Positions 1 through 9,693 of a DNA stretch of 64,000 nt are shown here, in pieces. The position numbers were made by a program, and so were the translations under genes. Below the pieces are notes generated by a model. That model was given only the letters and a program-made list of their open reading frames with translations. It was not told the DNA's origin and made no database searches. Position 1 is the first letter of the stretch, and the number at the start of each line of letters is the position of its first letter. The stretch covers positions 186,001 to 250,000 of the IMG/VR virus record IMGVR_UViG_3300005529_000001; one strand, 5' to 3'.

Positions 1-321
1 GATGCTAGATCCTCCCATGACGGGTCGTTCGTCTGGGTCACCAACAAGCGGGACAACACGAAGGAGGTCTTCCTCAACGTCCCGTACCTGTTTCGCAAGC
101 CACGACGAACAGTCAGCAAGCAGACCGTTCTTGGTGTGCATCTCCAAGACGATCGGTCTCAGATCAGATGGAATCCACGGGGCCAACGGCATCACTGCAT
201 GGTACACGGGCCTGGCGTTGAAGGGGTCGTTGAAGTCCGCGACGGACACCGCGAGCTCCAACGGCTTGTCTTTGTCAGGATCGATGCCCGTTGACTCAAA
301 GTCAAGCCAGAAGATCTTCAT
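1..321 (-). CDS. orn: Oligoribonuclease (DEDDh 3'-5' exonuclease), 3' end runs out of window
   Basis: Not in ORF track; manual translation from ATG 321: MKIFWLDFESTGIDPDKDKPLELAVSV...EMHTKNGLL...PVMGGSSI, matching Orn WxDxExTG, MHxxxGL and GNS-like motifs; ATGA overlap with upstream gene. Confidence 0.85.
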   Translation of the reverse strand, partial: MKIFWLDFESTGIDPDKDKPLELAVSVADFNDPFNARPVYHAVMPLAPWIPSDLRPIVLEMHTKNGLLADCSSWLAKQVRDVEEDLLRVVPLVGDPDERPVMGGSSI

Positions 322-602
322 GCGTTTCTCAGCGCAGCTGTCAGCAAACCGATCAATGGTCGCAACGTTTGTCCCGTACGCGCTGCCTCTTTCCCACCGC
401 GACTGAGCAGCGCATCTAAGGATAACGCCATTGCTCGAGCTTCATCGTGGTCGAGCTCAATGGTGACTGTCTTCGCCAACCGCTTGGGATCAGTCTTAGC
501 GTTCTCCCAGATGCCCAAGCAAGTGGGACACCCATCGGGATACTTCGCTGTCTTCATCGGCATCCGACGTGCCTGGTACTTCGGGTGTTCTTTGCACTTC
601 AT
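318..602 (-). CDS. Hypothetical protein
   Basis: 94 aa ORF coupled to both neighbours by start/stop overlaps. Confidence 0.65.
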   Translation of the reverse strand: MKCKEHPKYQARRMPMKTAKYPDGCPTCLGIWENAKTDPKRLAKTVTIELDHDEARAMALSLDALLSRGGKEAARTGQTLRPLIGLLTAALRNA

Positions 603-1153
603 CAGACCACCCTGTAGATGAAATAATGAACGTCATCGAGCTCACGTTGGAGGTTCTCATCGTCAACGTTGAGCTTCAGGAGCTTGCATTTGGTCCATGA
701 CGCAAAGTCCATGTACGCATCATGGATCTGCTGGAGCGTCTCCCCCTTGACGGTTGGGTCAAGATCATCAACGATCTTTGAGTAATCTGTACGGCAAGCA
801 AGGATGATGCGAGCGTCGAGCTTGGCCCACTCTTCGTCGAGATGCCTCAGCATCCTGTCGTCAGTCACCCGGCCGAACGTCTTGCTGTAAGCATACTCGC
901 ATGGGTAACCACGATCGAAGATGACAGACTGGCCTGTTTGTTTGAGCAGGTCCATAACCCGGGGGTCAGCATACCGCAGCTGTTCTAGGAACAGCTCACG
1001 TTTCGAGACCCGGCTTGACAAGAAAGCATCGTGCTCGCTCGACGCCTTGAAGTAAGGGATGTCGGTGACCCTGGAGAGGGCCTTGCTTATCTCTGTTTTC
1101 CCAGACATGTCGGGCCCAACGAAGAAAACGATGCGTTGCCGTCCCACGTACAT
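602..1153 (-). CDS. P-loop nucleotide monophosphate kinase (thymidylate kinase-like)
   Basis: Walker A GPDMSGKT, IFDRGY (DR motif), size 183 aa. Confidence 0.75.
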   Translation of the reverse strand: MYVGRQRIVFFVGPDMSGKTEISKALSRVTDIPYFKASSEHDAFLSSRVSKRELFLEQLRYADPRVMDLLKQTGQSVIFDRGYPCEYAYSKTFGRVTDDRMLRHLDEEWAKLDARIILACRTDYSKIVDDLDPTVKGETLQQIHDAYMDFASWTKCKLLKLNVDDENLQRELDDVHYFIYRVV

Positions 1154-1185
1154 GGCTCTATCCTAACCTACCGCCCTGCAAATCG

Positions 1186-1192
1186 ATACTTA
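1186..1192 (+). promoter_or_regulatory. Putative phage late promoter ATACTTA
   Basis: 7 nt upstream of ATG 1200, no SD; motif recurs before structural genes. Confidence 0.6.
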
Positions 1193-1199
1193 GAGAGTC

Positions 1200-4100
1200 A
1201 TGAGGGTCAGTCTGGGCGTCCTGAGGGACTACGTCTCCAACCTGTTGGTTGAGAATCGCATCGATGATGCACGTGAAAAATACCCCGACATCGAAGAGGA
1301 TGTCTTCCAAAACCTCGTCGCGAACCAACCCGGCGGGTCGAACAACAAGTACCTGATGTGGTCAGCCAAGCAGGTTGACGACGAGGTAATGCCTGAAGAG
1401 GTCATCATGGCCATCAGGTTGTTTCACGACAACGTTCACCGTCTCAAGCAAAAGGACATCAACCAGTACGAGAGCGTCGAAGCCCTCGACACCGCCATTG
1501 ACGAGCTCCAGAAGAACAAGAGCAAGAGCCAAGAAGCCAAGCAAGCGAAGGCTGACACCCAGGTCATCTACAACGACGACAACTGGCTCGTTGTCCGCCC
1601 GTACACTGCTGACGCATCATGCAAGTACGGCGCAGGTTCAAAGTGGTGCATCTCGGCCACTGCATCTCGCAACTACTTCAACTCGTACTCAGAGACCAAC
1701 AACAAGTTCTACTTTGTCATCGACAAGAAATCAACTAGCAACACGCCCAACTCAAAGTTCGCTATCGCTATCGTTGCAGCGGGCTTGGCTGCCGCCGGTC
1801 GCGAGATCCAGGTCTACAACGCCTCCGATAGCTTGGTGTCTCTGAACACCGTAGCTAGCGCCGTCGGTAGCAAGTGGCCTGAAATCTGGGAAAAGATCCA
1901 AGCTCACGTCGCAGCAAACCCGAAGACCCGTGAGGTCGAAGACGCTGAGAGAGCGACTGAAGAGCATGTTGCTGCGTTGTTGAAAGGCGAGAAGCTTAGC
2001 GACCAAGCGATGAAGAAGGTCGCCAAGAGCGGCAAGCTATCAAACCAAGTCATCAAGAAGATCCTCGGACGTTACGAGAACTACACGGGACCCACCGATT
2101 ACCGTGATGAACGACAGGACATCATGAACTCGTTGTCCAGCCGCGCCAGTGAGATGGAATCTGAAGGGGCGATGGCTGTATTGAAGTGGATCTCAGAGAA
2201 CAGCGCCAACAGCTATTGGCGTACTTCCTACCTCGAACGCATGTTGGCAGCCGCTCCCTTCAAACCAGAAGACTTCCGTGAGATCGCTAAGACTAACGAT
2301 GAAGAGATCCTCGCTAACATCTTTAGTAACCCAGCAACTCCTGATGACGTAAAGCGAGTGATCTCTGATGCTGCAATGCGTTTCGTGTCGGAGTCAGCTA
2401 CCCGAAAAGTTTACTGGGAGCTCATCAAGTCGGGTGCCATCACCAAAGAGCAGATGGCACACGCGATGGAGATGGATAACAAGAGGGGCTCATACAGGTA
2501 CCTGACAAGCCAGATCCTCAACCATCCTGAAGACGTTCGCATGGAACCCGAGTTGGTCAAGATGTTAACCATCAACAACGCAGGAGAGTTCAAAAACCTG
2601 TTGCGGATCCCGAACGTCCCACACGATTTTGCTGTCAAGATCCTCAGCAAGCTGATGAGCAGCGAGAGCCTGAAGAAATACGACATGCTCGAGTTGCTCC
2701 GGACAACACCGTTGGGTCCGAAGCAGATCGAGAAGCTGTGGGCTGACTGGCCCCAAGCAACCGTCAGGACAGCGTTGCTACAAAACCCTGGGATCGGTGA
2801 GGGGAACGCTAACAAGTTCGCCAAAAGCAAGAACAGCGCGTACCGTTTTTCGGTTGCACACAACACCATCACTCCAGTTGATGCGCTCAACACACTCTCC
2901 AAAGACGAGTCAGTCTCAACCAGGTCAGCTGTCGCTGCTAACCCCAAGACATCACCCGAGACGCTGTACACGCTAGCAAAGGACCAAGCTGTTGCGGTCA
3001 GAGCGAGCGTCGCTAGCAACGCATCGTCACCGACCAACCTTGTACGTGCTCTGAAACGAGACTCAGACGACTTTGTCAGGAAAGCTGCTCGGAAGACGCT
3101 CAAAGCTTTGGACGTGACAGAAGCTTACATCGGGATGGCGATGGGCATGCGTGGTTTGCTCGTTGAAGAGCTGACCGATGATGATGTCACGCCTGACATC
3201 ATGAACCCAAGCTGGCGTGACATCATTCCTAGCACCATTGACAAGGAAGAGTTTGTCGCGGTCTTTCTGTTGCAGAACAATGGTAGCGCAACGCGAGAAG
3301 AGATCACCAAAGCGTACAAGGATTGGATGGGCAGCGCTGGTGGAGCGGGCGAGCTCTGGAAGACAAACAAGTGGAGTGACCAGATCATCCGCGGCATCAT
3401 GTCTCAGGGTAAGGGCTGGTTCTGGTCGCCTCCAGGCATCAACAAAGGTGCTCTGTTTCGTCTGACGCCAGCAGGTGCGAGCGCAGCTTTGGACATTATC
3501 AGGAAACTCGCTCACCTCACGAACCTATCTTCTCCCGTACAGATCACGTCTGCCAAGGCTCGACCAGGAAAGACGTACTTTGTCAAGGGCGCTGAAGAAG
3601 CCCTTGACGTCACGGGCATGGAGAAGGGTGACCTTGAGGTCGAAGAAGTTGCAGCAAACTACAACAACGAGCCCATCAAGACTGATGGGAAATACACGAA
3701 GCTGTCACCAAACCGCAGCTGGCGACAGAAGCGCCGCCAACGCAGCGTGAAGATGTTCAAGTACACCTCCCCAACAGGGGAAGTGAAGTACACTCGAGAG
3801 CTTCCCAAGGTCTCCGTCCCCAACAATGCCAAGGTACAGTTCATCAAGACATTCCACGGCCAGGCGACGAATGACAGGTATTCCACCAGCGAACCCAACC
3901 GAGCGATCGTCAAGTACAACGACAAGTACCTGCTTGTCAAGTTCCCGATGTGGGCAAAAGAGGGTGGTGCTGTTCCAGACAACTCCGAAAAGGAGACAAA
4001 CGTACCGCCGCCCGTCAGGAAGTCTCCTCCACCACGTGAGCTGACGGGCGAACCCGCCGCTGCACCAGCACGAACTGGTGGGGGTGAAGCTCCCGCAGCT

Positions 4101-4313
4101 CCCCGTGGACCCAAAGTCGGTTACAAGATCTACGGCCGCCACCGTGGGGCTCCCGCTCACACGCGTCTGAAGGGCCAAGCTTACGCTGCACCTACAGACA
4201 CCCAGTTCTCACCCGGAGAGCAAGCGACCATCCAGGTCGGTGCTGATGGCAAGCTGAAGGTCAAGAAAGTGGCTGGCGATCACGAACAGACGTGGGACCC
4301 CGTCGAGGGTTGA
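1200..4313 (+). CDS. Large multidomain protein with LRV/HEAT-like helical repeats and shared N-terminal motif; candidate virion internal protein
   Basis: N-term MRVSLGVLRDYVSNLLVE; YGAGSKWC domain; ~24-aa repeats VAHNTITPVDALNTLSKDESVSTRSAVAANPKTSPETLYTLAKDQAVAVRASVASN. Confidence 0.75.
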   Translation: MRVSLGVLRDYVSNLLVENRIDDAREKYPDIEEDVFQNLVANQPGGSNNKYLMWSAKQVDDEVMPEEVIMAIRLFHDNVHRLKQKDINQYESVEALDTAIDELQKNKSKSQEAKQAKADTQVIYNDDNWLVVRPYTADASCKYGAGSKWCISATASRNYFNSYSETNNKFYFVIDKKSTSNTPNSKFAIAIVAAGLAAAGREIQVYNASDSLVSLNTVASAVGSKWPEIWEKIQAHVAANPKTREVEDAERATEEHVAALLKGEKLSDQAMKKVAKSGKLSNQVIKKILGRYENYTGPTDYRDERQDIMNSLSSRASEMESEGAMAVLKWISENSANSYWRTSYLERMLAAAPFKPEDFREIAKTNDEEILANIFSNPATPDDVKRVISDAAMRFVSESATRKVYWELIKSGAITKEQMAHAMEMDNKRGSYRYLTSQILNHPEDVRMEPELVKMLTINNAGEFKNLLRIPNVPHDFAVKILSKLMSSESLKKYDMLELLRTTPLGPKQIEKLWADWPQATVRTALLQNPGIGEGNANKFAKSKNSAYRFSVAHNTITPVDALNTLSKDESVSTRSAVAANPKTSPETLYTLAKDQAVAVRASVASNASSPTNLVRALKRDSDDFVRKAARKTLKALDVTEAYIGMAMGMRGLLVEELTDDDVTPDIMNPSWRDIIPSTIDKEEFVAVFLLQNNGSATREEITKAYKDWMGSAGGAGELWKTNKWSDQIIRGIMSQGKGWFWSPPGINKGALFRLTPAGASAALDIIRKLAHLTNLSSPVQITSAKARPGKTYFVKGAEEALDVTGMEKGDLEVEEVAANYNNEPIKTDGKYTKLSPNRSWRQKRRQRSVKMFKYTSPTGEVKYTRELPKVSVPNNAKVQFIKTFHGQATNDRYSTSEPNRAIVKYNDKYLLVKFPMWAKEGGAVPDNSEKETNVPPPVRKSPPPRELTGEPAAAPARTGGGEAPAAPRGPKVGYKIYGRHRGAPAHTRLKGQAYAAPTDTQFSPGEQATIQVGADGKLKVKKVAGDHEQTWDPVEG

Positions 4314-4661
4314 TCACCCGCCGTGGCCGACGACGCCGTTCACGACTGCAACGGTCGAGAACACAACATCGGGTGGTAACGAGATCGTCTGGGTGTTCTG
4401 TGACAACGTCACGATCTCCTGCTCACGAGCGTCAATCTCGCTCGCCATGCTTGATGCGATCTCAGCGAGCTGGCGAAGCTGTGCGGCGGTCAAGTGCCGA
4501 CTGAGGTACATCTCAGCCTTGCCGTCGCGGTAAGTCACCTGGAAGTCTTGGGTGTGAAGAGAGATCAACCCGCTCCCGGGCCCCTGTGACAGGGTGAAGT
4601 CGGGTTCGAGCGTGTGGGGTGGGCGACTCAGCGTTAGCCTTGTGTCATACGCGATGAGCAT
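4314..4661 (-). CDS. Hypothetical protein
   Basis: 115 aa ORF converging on the large + strand gene. Confidence 0.55.
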   Translation of the reverse strand: MLIAYDTRLTLSRPPHTLEPDFTLSQGPGSGLISLHTQDFQVTYRDGKAEMYLSRHLTAAQLRQLAEIASSMASEIDAREQEIVTLSQNTQTISLPPDVVFSTVAVVNGVVGHGG

Positions 4662-4665
4662 GTTT

Positions 4666-5034
4666 TTACTCCAAAGGTTTCATGTCAACGAAGCCCCACT
4701 GCCGTCGTTTGGGCCCGGTGATGACGATCGACCAGTTGACCTTCTGACCGGTGATGACGTTGTGAACGAACTCCGCAGGCCTGAACAGTACACTACCCGG
4801 GCCGCGCCACTTGCGTTCAGCCTGTGTCCGTTCTAGGTAACCACCCCATAACACGATCGCAACGAAAGACCACGGGTGATCGTGACCTTGCGGGTGCCAC
4901 ACTGGGCACCACAGCCTGTGAACAAACACCCTGAACCAGGGCGTGACCAACAACCGGTAGCGAGTGAACTCTTCGCCGACTTCGGTCCACCCGATCTCTT
5001 CGTGTGGAAAGATGTCAAACCAGCTCTTCACCAC
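4666..5034 (-). CDS. Cupin-fold protein
   Basis: HPQGHDHPWSF...GGYLE and FRPAEFVHNV cupin metal motifs. Confidence 0.75.
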   Translation of the reverse strand: MVKSWFDIFPHEEIGWTEVGEEFTRYRLLVTPWFRVFVHRLWCPVWHPQGHDHPWSFVAIVLWGGYLERTQAERKWRGPGSVLFRPAEFVHNVITGQKVNWSIVITGPKRRQWGFVDMKPLE

Positions 5035-5246
5035 TCACCAGGCCGGCAATACGATGGGTGCTCAGGATGGCGCCGGTCCATCCCGTGCTCGACGCAAAAT
5101 AATTCATGACAAAGTTTGCACTCATCACCGTAAGTGTGATGGAGGTTATGATCGTTGGGCGTGTTTCGCAGCGGCATCTCACATTGGGGACACTTGTACG
5201 TGGACGGACTAGATTGCGGAACGATTATCGGTGGCACCCACATCAC
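5028..5246 (-). CDS. Small Cys/His-rich zinc-finger protein
   Basis: CPQC...CKLC-x4-CVEH-x5-H pattern; coupled to dnaE stop. Confidence 0.55.
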   Translation of the reverse strand: MMWVPPIIVPQSSPSTYKCPQCEMPLRNTPNDHNLHHTYGDECKLCHELFCVEHGMDRRHPEHPSYCRPGEW

Positions 5247-8200
5247 GCGATCTCCTTCACCTTGTAAGCGCTGGTCGCAAACCCATAATCGTCCCGGCGG
5301 ACCTCAGCCGCCATCAGCTTGAAGGGCTCGTACAGGTCCTCTCGCCCCCACACCGTGAGGCGGACTGGCTTCCCGACCGGGCCCGTGACAAACGCTTGGA
5401 TGTACCCCTTCCCCTTCTTGGTCTTTTTCTGGAGCCCGGCGGTGGGCTTGCCACCCTTCTTACCCGCCGCCAGCACGGTGACGAACCAACAGAACCTGTT
5501 GTCGCCATGTTCCAGGTCTTCGATTGGGATGACTCCCATCTTGTCAAGCTTGCTGAGCATCGCCTGCTCAAACATCTGGGTCGGGTCCGAAGTGCCGAAG
5601 TAAAAGGCGTTGAACTCAACCCGTTCACGGTTCGTCCACTCGTCTCGGGCGTCGGTCTCGGCGAGGGCTCTCGCCAGCTCGTAAAAGTTCTTGCGCCCCT
5701 CGTGCGGGTCCTTCTTGGTTGACCGTCGGATCAGGGCCGCGTGTTCACGGACACGCTCGACCATGATGCCCGTGCCCTTCTTTTTCTCAACGGTGTCGGT
5801 GTACTCACCCAACAACGTTTCGTGCATGTGCTTGTACGACTTGAAGACCTTGTCCTCACCGATGCAGCCGACTGACTCGAAAGCGCCGATCTTGATGAGA
5901 GCTTCCAGCGCCTTCTTGTTGAACTTGCTGGGCCGCCAGGTTCCATCCTCGTTCCACAGCATCTCTTCTATGCTGTTGATGGGCCGCATCTGGATTATCT
6001 CCTCGACCGCTGACTCCCCCACCCCCTTCACCGACGTCATCGATGGCATCAGCTTCTTGCCTGGCAACACCGTCCAACCCAGGCCAGCATGGTTGATGTC
6101 GATCGGGACGATGGTGTAACCCAGGGCCCGTGCTTCACCAAATGCTTTGGCACGCTTGACGGGCGTCGTTGAGTACGCTTCAAGGTAAGCCGATAGCCAT
6201 TGTTCCTCGTAGTATGTCATCAGCCAGGCACACCAGAATGAATCGATAGCATACGCCACCGCGTGGGCCTTGTTGAAGCCGTAACCGGCAAAGTAGAGGA
6301 TCTTGTCATACAGGTTGTTGGCGACCTTGTCGGTGTAACCGTTCTTGATGCAACCTTGGACGAACCCGTCACGGGTCTCTTGTGCTGCTTTCTTTGCTGC
6401 CTCGCCGCCGGAGATCGACCGTTTCATGATGGCGCGGCGGACCTCATCGCACTTGTCCTTCGGGAAGCCAGCCACCTTCTCGGCGAGCTCCATGACCTGC
6501 TCCTGGAAGATGATGCAGGAGTTGGTCTTTTTCAGGATGTCATTGATGCGATGGTCACCCCACTCGAGCTCCTTTCCATCGTTCTTAGCCTCGAGGTACA
6601 GCTTGTCAACGTGAGCTGCCAACGGGCCCGGCCGGTAGATGCTGGTCAGGGTCGCGATGTCGATGATGCTCTTTGGCTTGGCCTTGACGAACAGGCGTTG
6701 CGCGCCTTGACTCGTCAGCTGGAAGATGCCTCCCCACTTCGCCTTCTCGTAAACTTCGTAAGGTTTGGGATCGTTGAAGTTGACCCTTGACGGATGAAGG
6801 TGTTCCTCGTACCATGCTTTGACATCGTCAAAAGCGTGGGGCTTGCCTTCCTTGATGAGGATCAGCTCGATCGTCCGCTCGATGAGTCGCAGAGTTTCAA
6901 GACCGAGCAGGTCATACTTGATGAACTCACCGATCTTCTCAAGGTGCTTGTAGTTGACGCCCTCGACCCAGGGTGATTGCGGTTCACGCTTGCCACCATC
7001 GCCCTTCGACGTCACGAGCGGCATCTTGTTGGGAAGGTCGTCGGCGATGAGAACGCCACCAGCGTGCCGACCCAATGACCTGTTCTGCTTGAACAGGATC
7101 TTGATTGACTCAGCCACCACGGGATTTTTGTCAATGAAAGACCTGAACGACGGTGACACGGGCGTGTTACATGACTCAGTGCAACCCTGACAGACTGACT
7201 TCGACACAGCGGTCTTGGGCGCCTTGCAATGGAAACCCATTGCCTCGTCATAGGTGAGGACGAACAGGTTCTTGTCATCGCCCTCCTTCATTGTTGCCTT
7301 GCGGACCTCGTCCTCGACTGACCGGGTCGCTGCATTGGTCTCCTCGAAGGAGACACCGTAAAACTTGCCGATGTCCTTCACCAGCGTCTTCAGCTTGAAA
7401 GTGTTGTAGTTGGAGATAGGAACAACGTTCTCCCAACCGAAGAAGCCCCGAAGCTGCTCCAGTACCTTGTCACGGTCAGCGAGGTCAGTGTCAATGTCAG
7501 GCGCGCCTTTGCGATAGACGCTAAGGAAACGGGCGAATGGCAAGTCCCAAAACAGAGGATCGAGGTCGGTGATGTAGAGGACGTAGGCGACCAACGAACC
7601 ACCGCCGGAACCACGACCGGGTCCGCAGAGGCACACCTTCCGCGCCAGCTCCATGATCTTCTGGTACGAGATGAAGTAGTCAGCGTTCTTCATCTGCTTG
7701 ATGACACCGAGCTCTTCTTTGATGCGATCGATATACTCGGGTCTGTCTTGCAAGCCACGTTTCCGCATACCGTCCATGCAGAGCTTGACCAGGTGATTGA
7801 AGGACGGCGTCCCCTCGGGGATCAGGAGCTTGTTGGGAAACTTGGGTGACCGATCGGGCGGAACCTCACCGATGACCTGGTGAGCGATGTCATGGGTCCG
7901 CTCGATCGCATCGGCGATCAAGTCGTCATCATAGAAACCCGTCCCATCCTTGGAGATGCAATACTCATCCCACATCTGCTGGGCGTTCTTCGGGTACAAC
8001 TCACACTTGAGCTGCTCTTTGGACTTGGGAAGAGAGTCAGCGTTGATCTCGGTGTAGTTCATCCAGCCGAGTTTCTTGTAGAGCTCACGGTCCTTCCACC
8101 GGTCAGGGTTGAAGTAGTGAGCATCACCAGTGACTATCAACTGTTGGGTCTTGTTGTTGCGACGGCAGAACTCGATGATGGCACGGTTCACCAGGTTCTG

Positions 8201-9034
8201 GGCTGGCAGCCGGTTGAACTGGAGCTCGAGGAAGTAGTTCCCCTCGCCGACGGCTTCCACCATCGAGTCATAGACGTTGGCCACAGCCTGGACGCACTTG
8301 TCCATCAAGACCTTGTCATCCAACAGCTTCTCGCTGAACTGGTCGAACTGGATCTTCTGCATTTCCTGGAAGACTGCGTATGCCGGCATCCCACCGATGC
8401 AGGCTGAAGTGACGACCAGGTTACCGTCCTTGCCTGCCTCACGCAGGACCTTCCAGTCGACGCGGGGAAACTTGTAGAACCCGTTTAGGTATGCCTTGGA
8501 CGAAGCCGCGAAGATTTGTTGGAGGCCCCTCTGGTTCTTGGGTAGGATGACGAGATGATGCCGACGATTGATCGGGTTGAAGTGCTTGGTTGACTTGGTT
8601 TCGTCCTCATTCTCAACAGTCAACGCATTGGTTGTCTCGATCTCTTCGGTCTCATCGGCCTGATCAACGACTGCGATGACCTTGGTCGGCAGCTCTTCTT
8701 CTTTGTCTTTTAGCTTTTTGGCAACTTTCTTGTCGAGCTTCGCCTTTTCAGCGGCTTCGTAATCACGTTGCCATTGCTCAAGGTCGGGATGATAGTACGC
8801 CTCGATGCCTGGGATGTACTTGAACTTCTTGTCCTTGTTGGACTTGGACCAGTCCTCGATCCAGAGCTGAGCATGCGCGTACGAATTTAGGTTCCCGTGT
8901 TCCGTGATGGCATGGGCATCGATGCCGTTTGCCATGCAAAACTTAAAATGCTCGTCAGGATACCCCAGCCCGTCAAACGGTGAAAAACCCGTGTGATTGT
9001 GAAGACCAACAAAGCGATTCGGGACCCTGGACAT
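5243..9034 (-). CDS. dnaE: DNA polymerase III alpha subunit (DnaE, family C)
   Basis: PHP motifs HNHTGFSPFDG, ITEHG, GDAHY; GPGRGSGGGSLVAY; catalytic PDIDTD; HAGG; KYDLLGL; FAGYGFNKAH. Start taken at MSRVP. Confidence 0.97.
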   Translation of the reverse strand: MSRVPNRFVGLHNHTGFSPFDGLGYPDEHFKFCMANGIDAHAITEHGNLNSYAHAQLWIEDWSKSNKDKKFKYIPGIEAYYHPDLEQWQRDYEAAEKAKLDKKVAKKLKDKEEELPTKVIAVVDQADETEEIETTNALTVENEDETKSTKHFNPINRRHHLVILPKNQRGLQQIFAASSKAYLNGFYKFPRVDWKVLREAGKDGNLVVTSACIGGMPAYAVFQEMQKIQFDQFSEKLLDDKVLMDKCVQAVANVYDSMVEAVGEGNYFLELQFNRLPAQNLVNRAIIEFCRRNNKTQQLIVTGDAHYFNPDRWKDRELYKKLGWMNYTEINADSLPKSKEQLKCELYPKNAQQMWDEYCISKDGTGFYDDDLIADAIERTHDIAHQVIGEVPPDRSPKFPNKLLIPEGTPSFNHLVKLCMDGMRKRGLQDRPEYIDRIKEELGVIKQMKNADYFISYQKIMELARKVCLCGPGRGSGGGSLVAYVLYITDLDPLFWDLPFARFLSVYRKGAPDIDTDLADRDKVLEQLRGFFGWENVVPISNYNTFKLKTLVKDIGKFYGVSFEETNAATRSVEDEVRKATMKEGDDKNLFVLTYDEAMGFHCKAPKTAVSKSVCQGCTESCNTPVSPSFRSFIDKNPVVAESIKILFKQNRSLGRHAGGVLIADDLPNKMPLVTSKGDGGKREPQSPWVEGVNYKHLEKIGEFIKYDLLGLETLRLIERTIELILIKEGKPHAFDDVKAWYEEHLHPSRVNFNDPKPYEVYEKAKWGGIFQLTSQGAQRLFVKAKPKSIIDIATLTSIYRPGPLAAHVDKLYLEAKNDGKELEWGDHRINDILKKTNSCIIFQEQVMELAEKVAGFPKDKCDEVRRAIMKRSISGGEAAKKAAQETRDGFVQGCIKNGYTDKVANNLYDKILYFAGYGFNKAHAVAYAIDSFWCAWLMTYYEEQWLSAYLEAYSTTPVKRAKAFGEARALGYTIVPIDINHAGLGWTVLPGKKLMPSMTSVKGVGESAVEEIIQMRPINSIEEMLWNEDGTWRPSKFNKKALEALIKIGAFESVGCIGEDKVFKSYKHMHETLLGEYTDTVEKKKGTGIMVERVREHAALIRRSTKKDPHEGRKNFYELARALAETDARDEWTNRERVEFNAFYFGTSDPTQMFEQAMLSKLDKMGVIPIEDLEHGDNRFCWFVTVLAAGKKGGKPTAGLQKKTKKGKGYIQAFVTGPVGKPVRLTVWGREDLYEPFKLMAAEVRRDDYGFATSAYKVKEIA

Positions 9035-9083
9035 GTGTGTCCATCGTACCACTCGTCAAGTCAGTCCTACACCTTAAACGACA

Positions 9084-9105
9084 AACGGGTCCAATCGGAC
9101 CCGTT
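9084..9105 (-). terminator. Intrinsic terminator-like hairpin
   Basis: AACGGGTCC-GATT-GGACCCGTT 9-bp stem followed by TGTCGTTT on minus strand, downstream of 9130 gene. Confidence 0.6.
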
Positions 9106-9129
9106 CATCATCACTTCGTGTTGGTTACT

Positions 9130-9405
9130 TCACTTCGCGGCGGGGGCCTTCTCCGCCTCAGCAAGGCCAGGCAGGAGCAGAGCGGCAGACGTGACGATCG
9201 CAGTCATCACATCGGTGCCTGTTGCAGCGCCACCAAACCAGGTGATGACCTGCGGGAGGTCAAGGACCAGGACGGGAGCAGCGACCGCGAGCCAACGTGG
9301 CATCTTCGCCCAGTAGGGCTGTGCTGCAACGAGAAGCTTTGAAGCGGCGAGAGCACCAGCTCCGACGTAAGACACGACATCGACAAAAGTGGTTCCAACG
9401 GACAT
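9130..9405 (-). CDS. Small hydrophobic membrane protein (holin candidate)
   Basis: Several hydrophobic segments, charged C-term EAEKAPAAK; GGAGG SD before ATG 9405. Confidence 0.55.
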   Translation of the reverse strand: MSVGTTFVDVVSYVGAGALAASKLLVAAQPYWAKMPRWLAVAAPVLVLDLPQVITWFGGAATGTDVMTAIVTSAALLLPGLAEAEKAPAAK

Positions 9406-9424
9406 GATTGAATCCTCCGTCAAG

Positions 9425-9431
9425 TAACTAT
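9425..9431 (-). promoter_or_regulatory. Putative late promoter ATAGTTA
   Basis: Same motif as before the tail tube gene. Confidence 0.5.
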
Positions 9432-9435
9432 GGCT

Positions 9436-9693
9436 TCAACGCCTGTTTCGCCAAGCTGCCCGTTTCGCAACTTCTTCGTGCGTGGTGCCCTCTTCCTTAC
9501 AGCGGGTGTCGTAGAGCACATCCAAGATCCCGATCACAAATCCGCTTGCGAGTGCACCGTGCGTGCAGCTATCCAGCACCTCAAGCACCTGGAGCGTTGA
9601 TGGCGGGCAATCCCACTTTTCGATCATCAGCTTCGCCGTGTCATCCAGCTGTGAATTTGGCGCTCGCAGCAGAACCTCTATTGCTTCTTTCAC
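9436..9693 (-). CDS. Hypothetical protein
   Basis: 85 aa ORF coupled to upstream epimerase gene. Confidence 0.6.
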   Translation of the reverse strand: MKEAIEVLLRAPNSQLDDTAKLMIEKWDCPPSTLQVLEVLDSCTHGALASGFVIGILDVLYDTRCKEEGTTHEEVAKRAAWRNRR

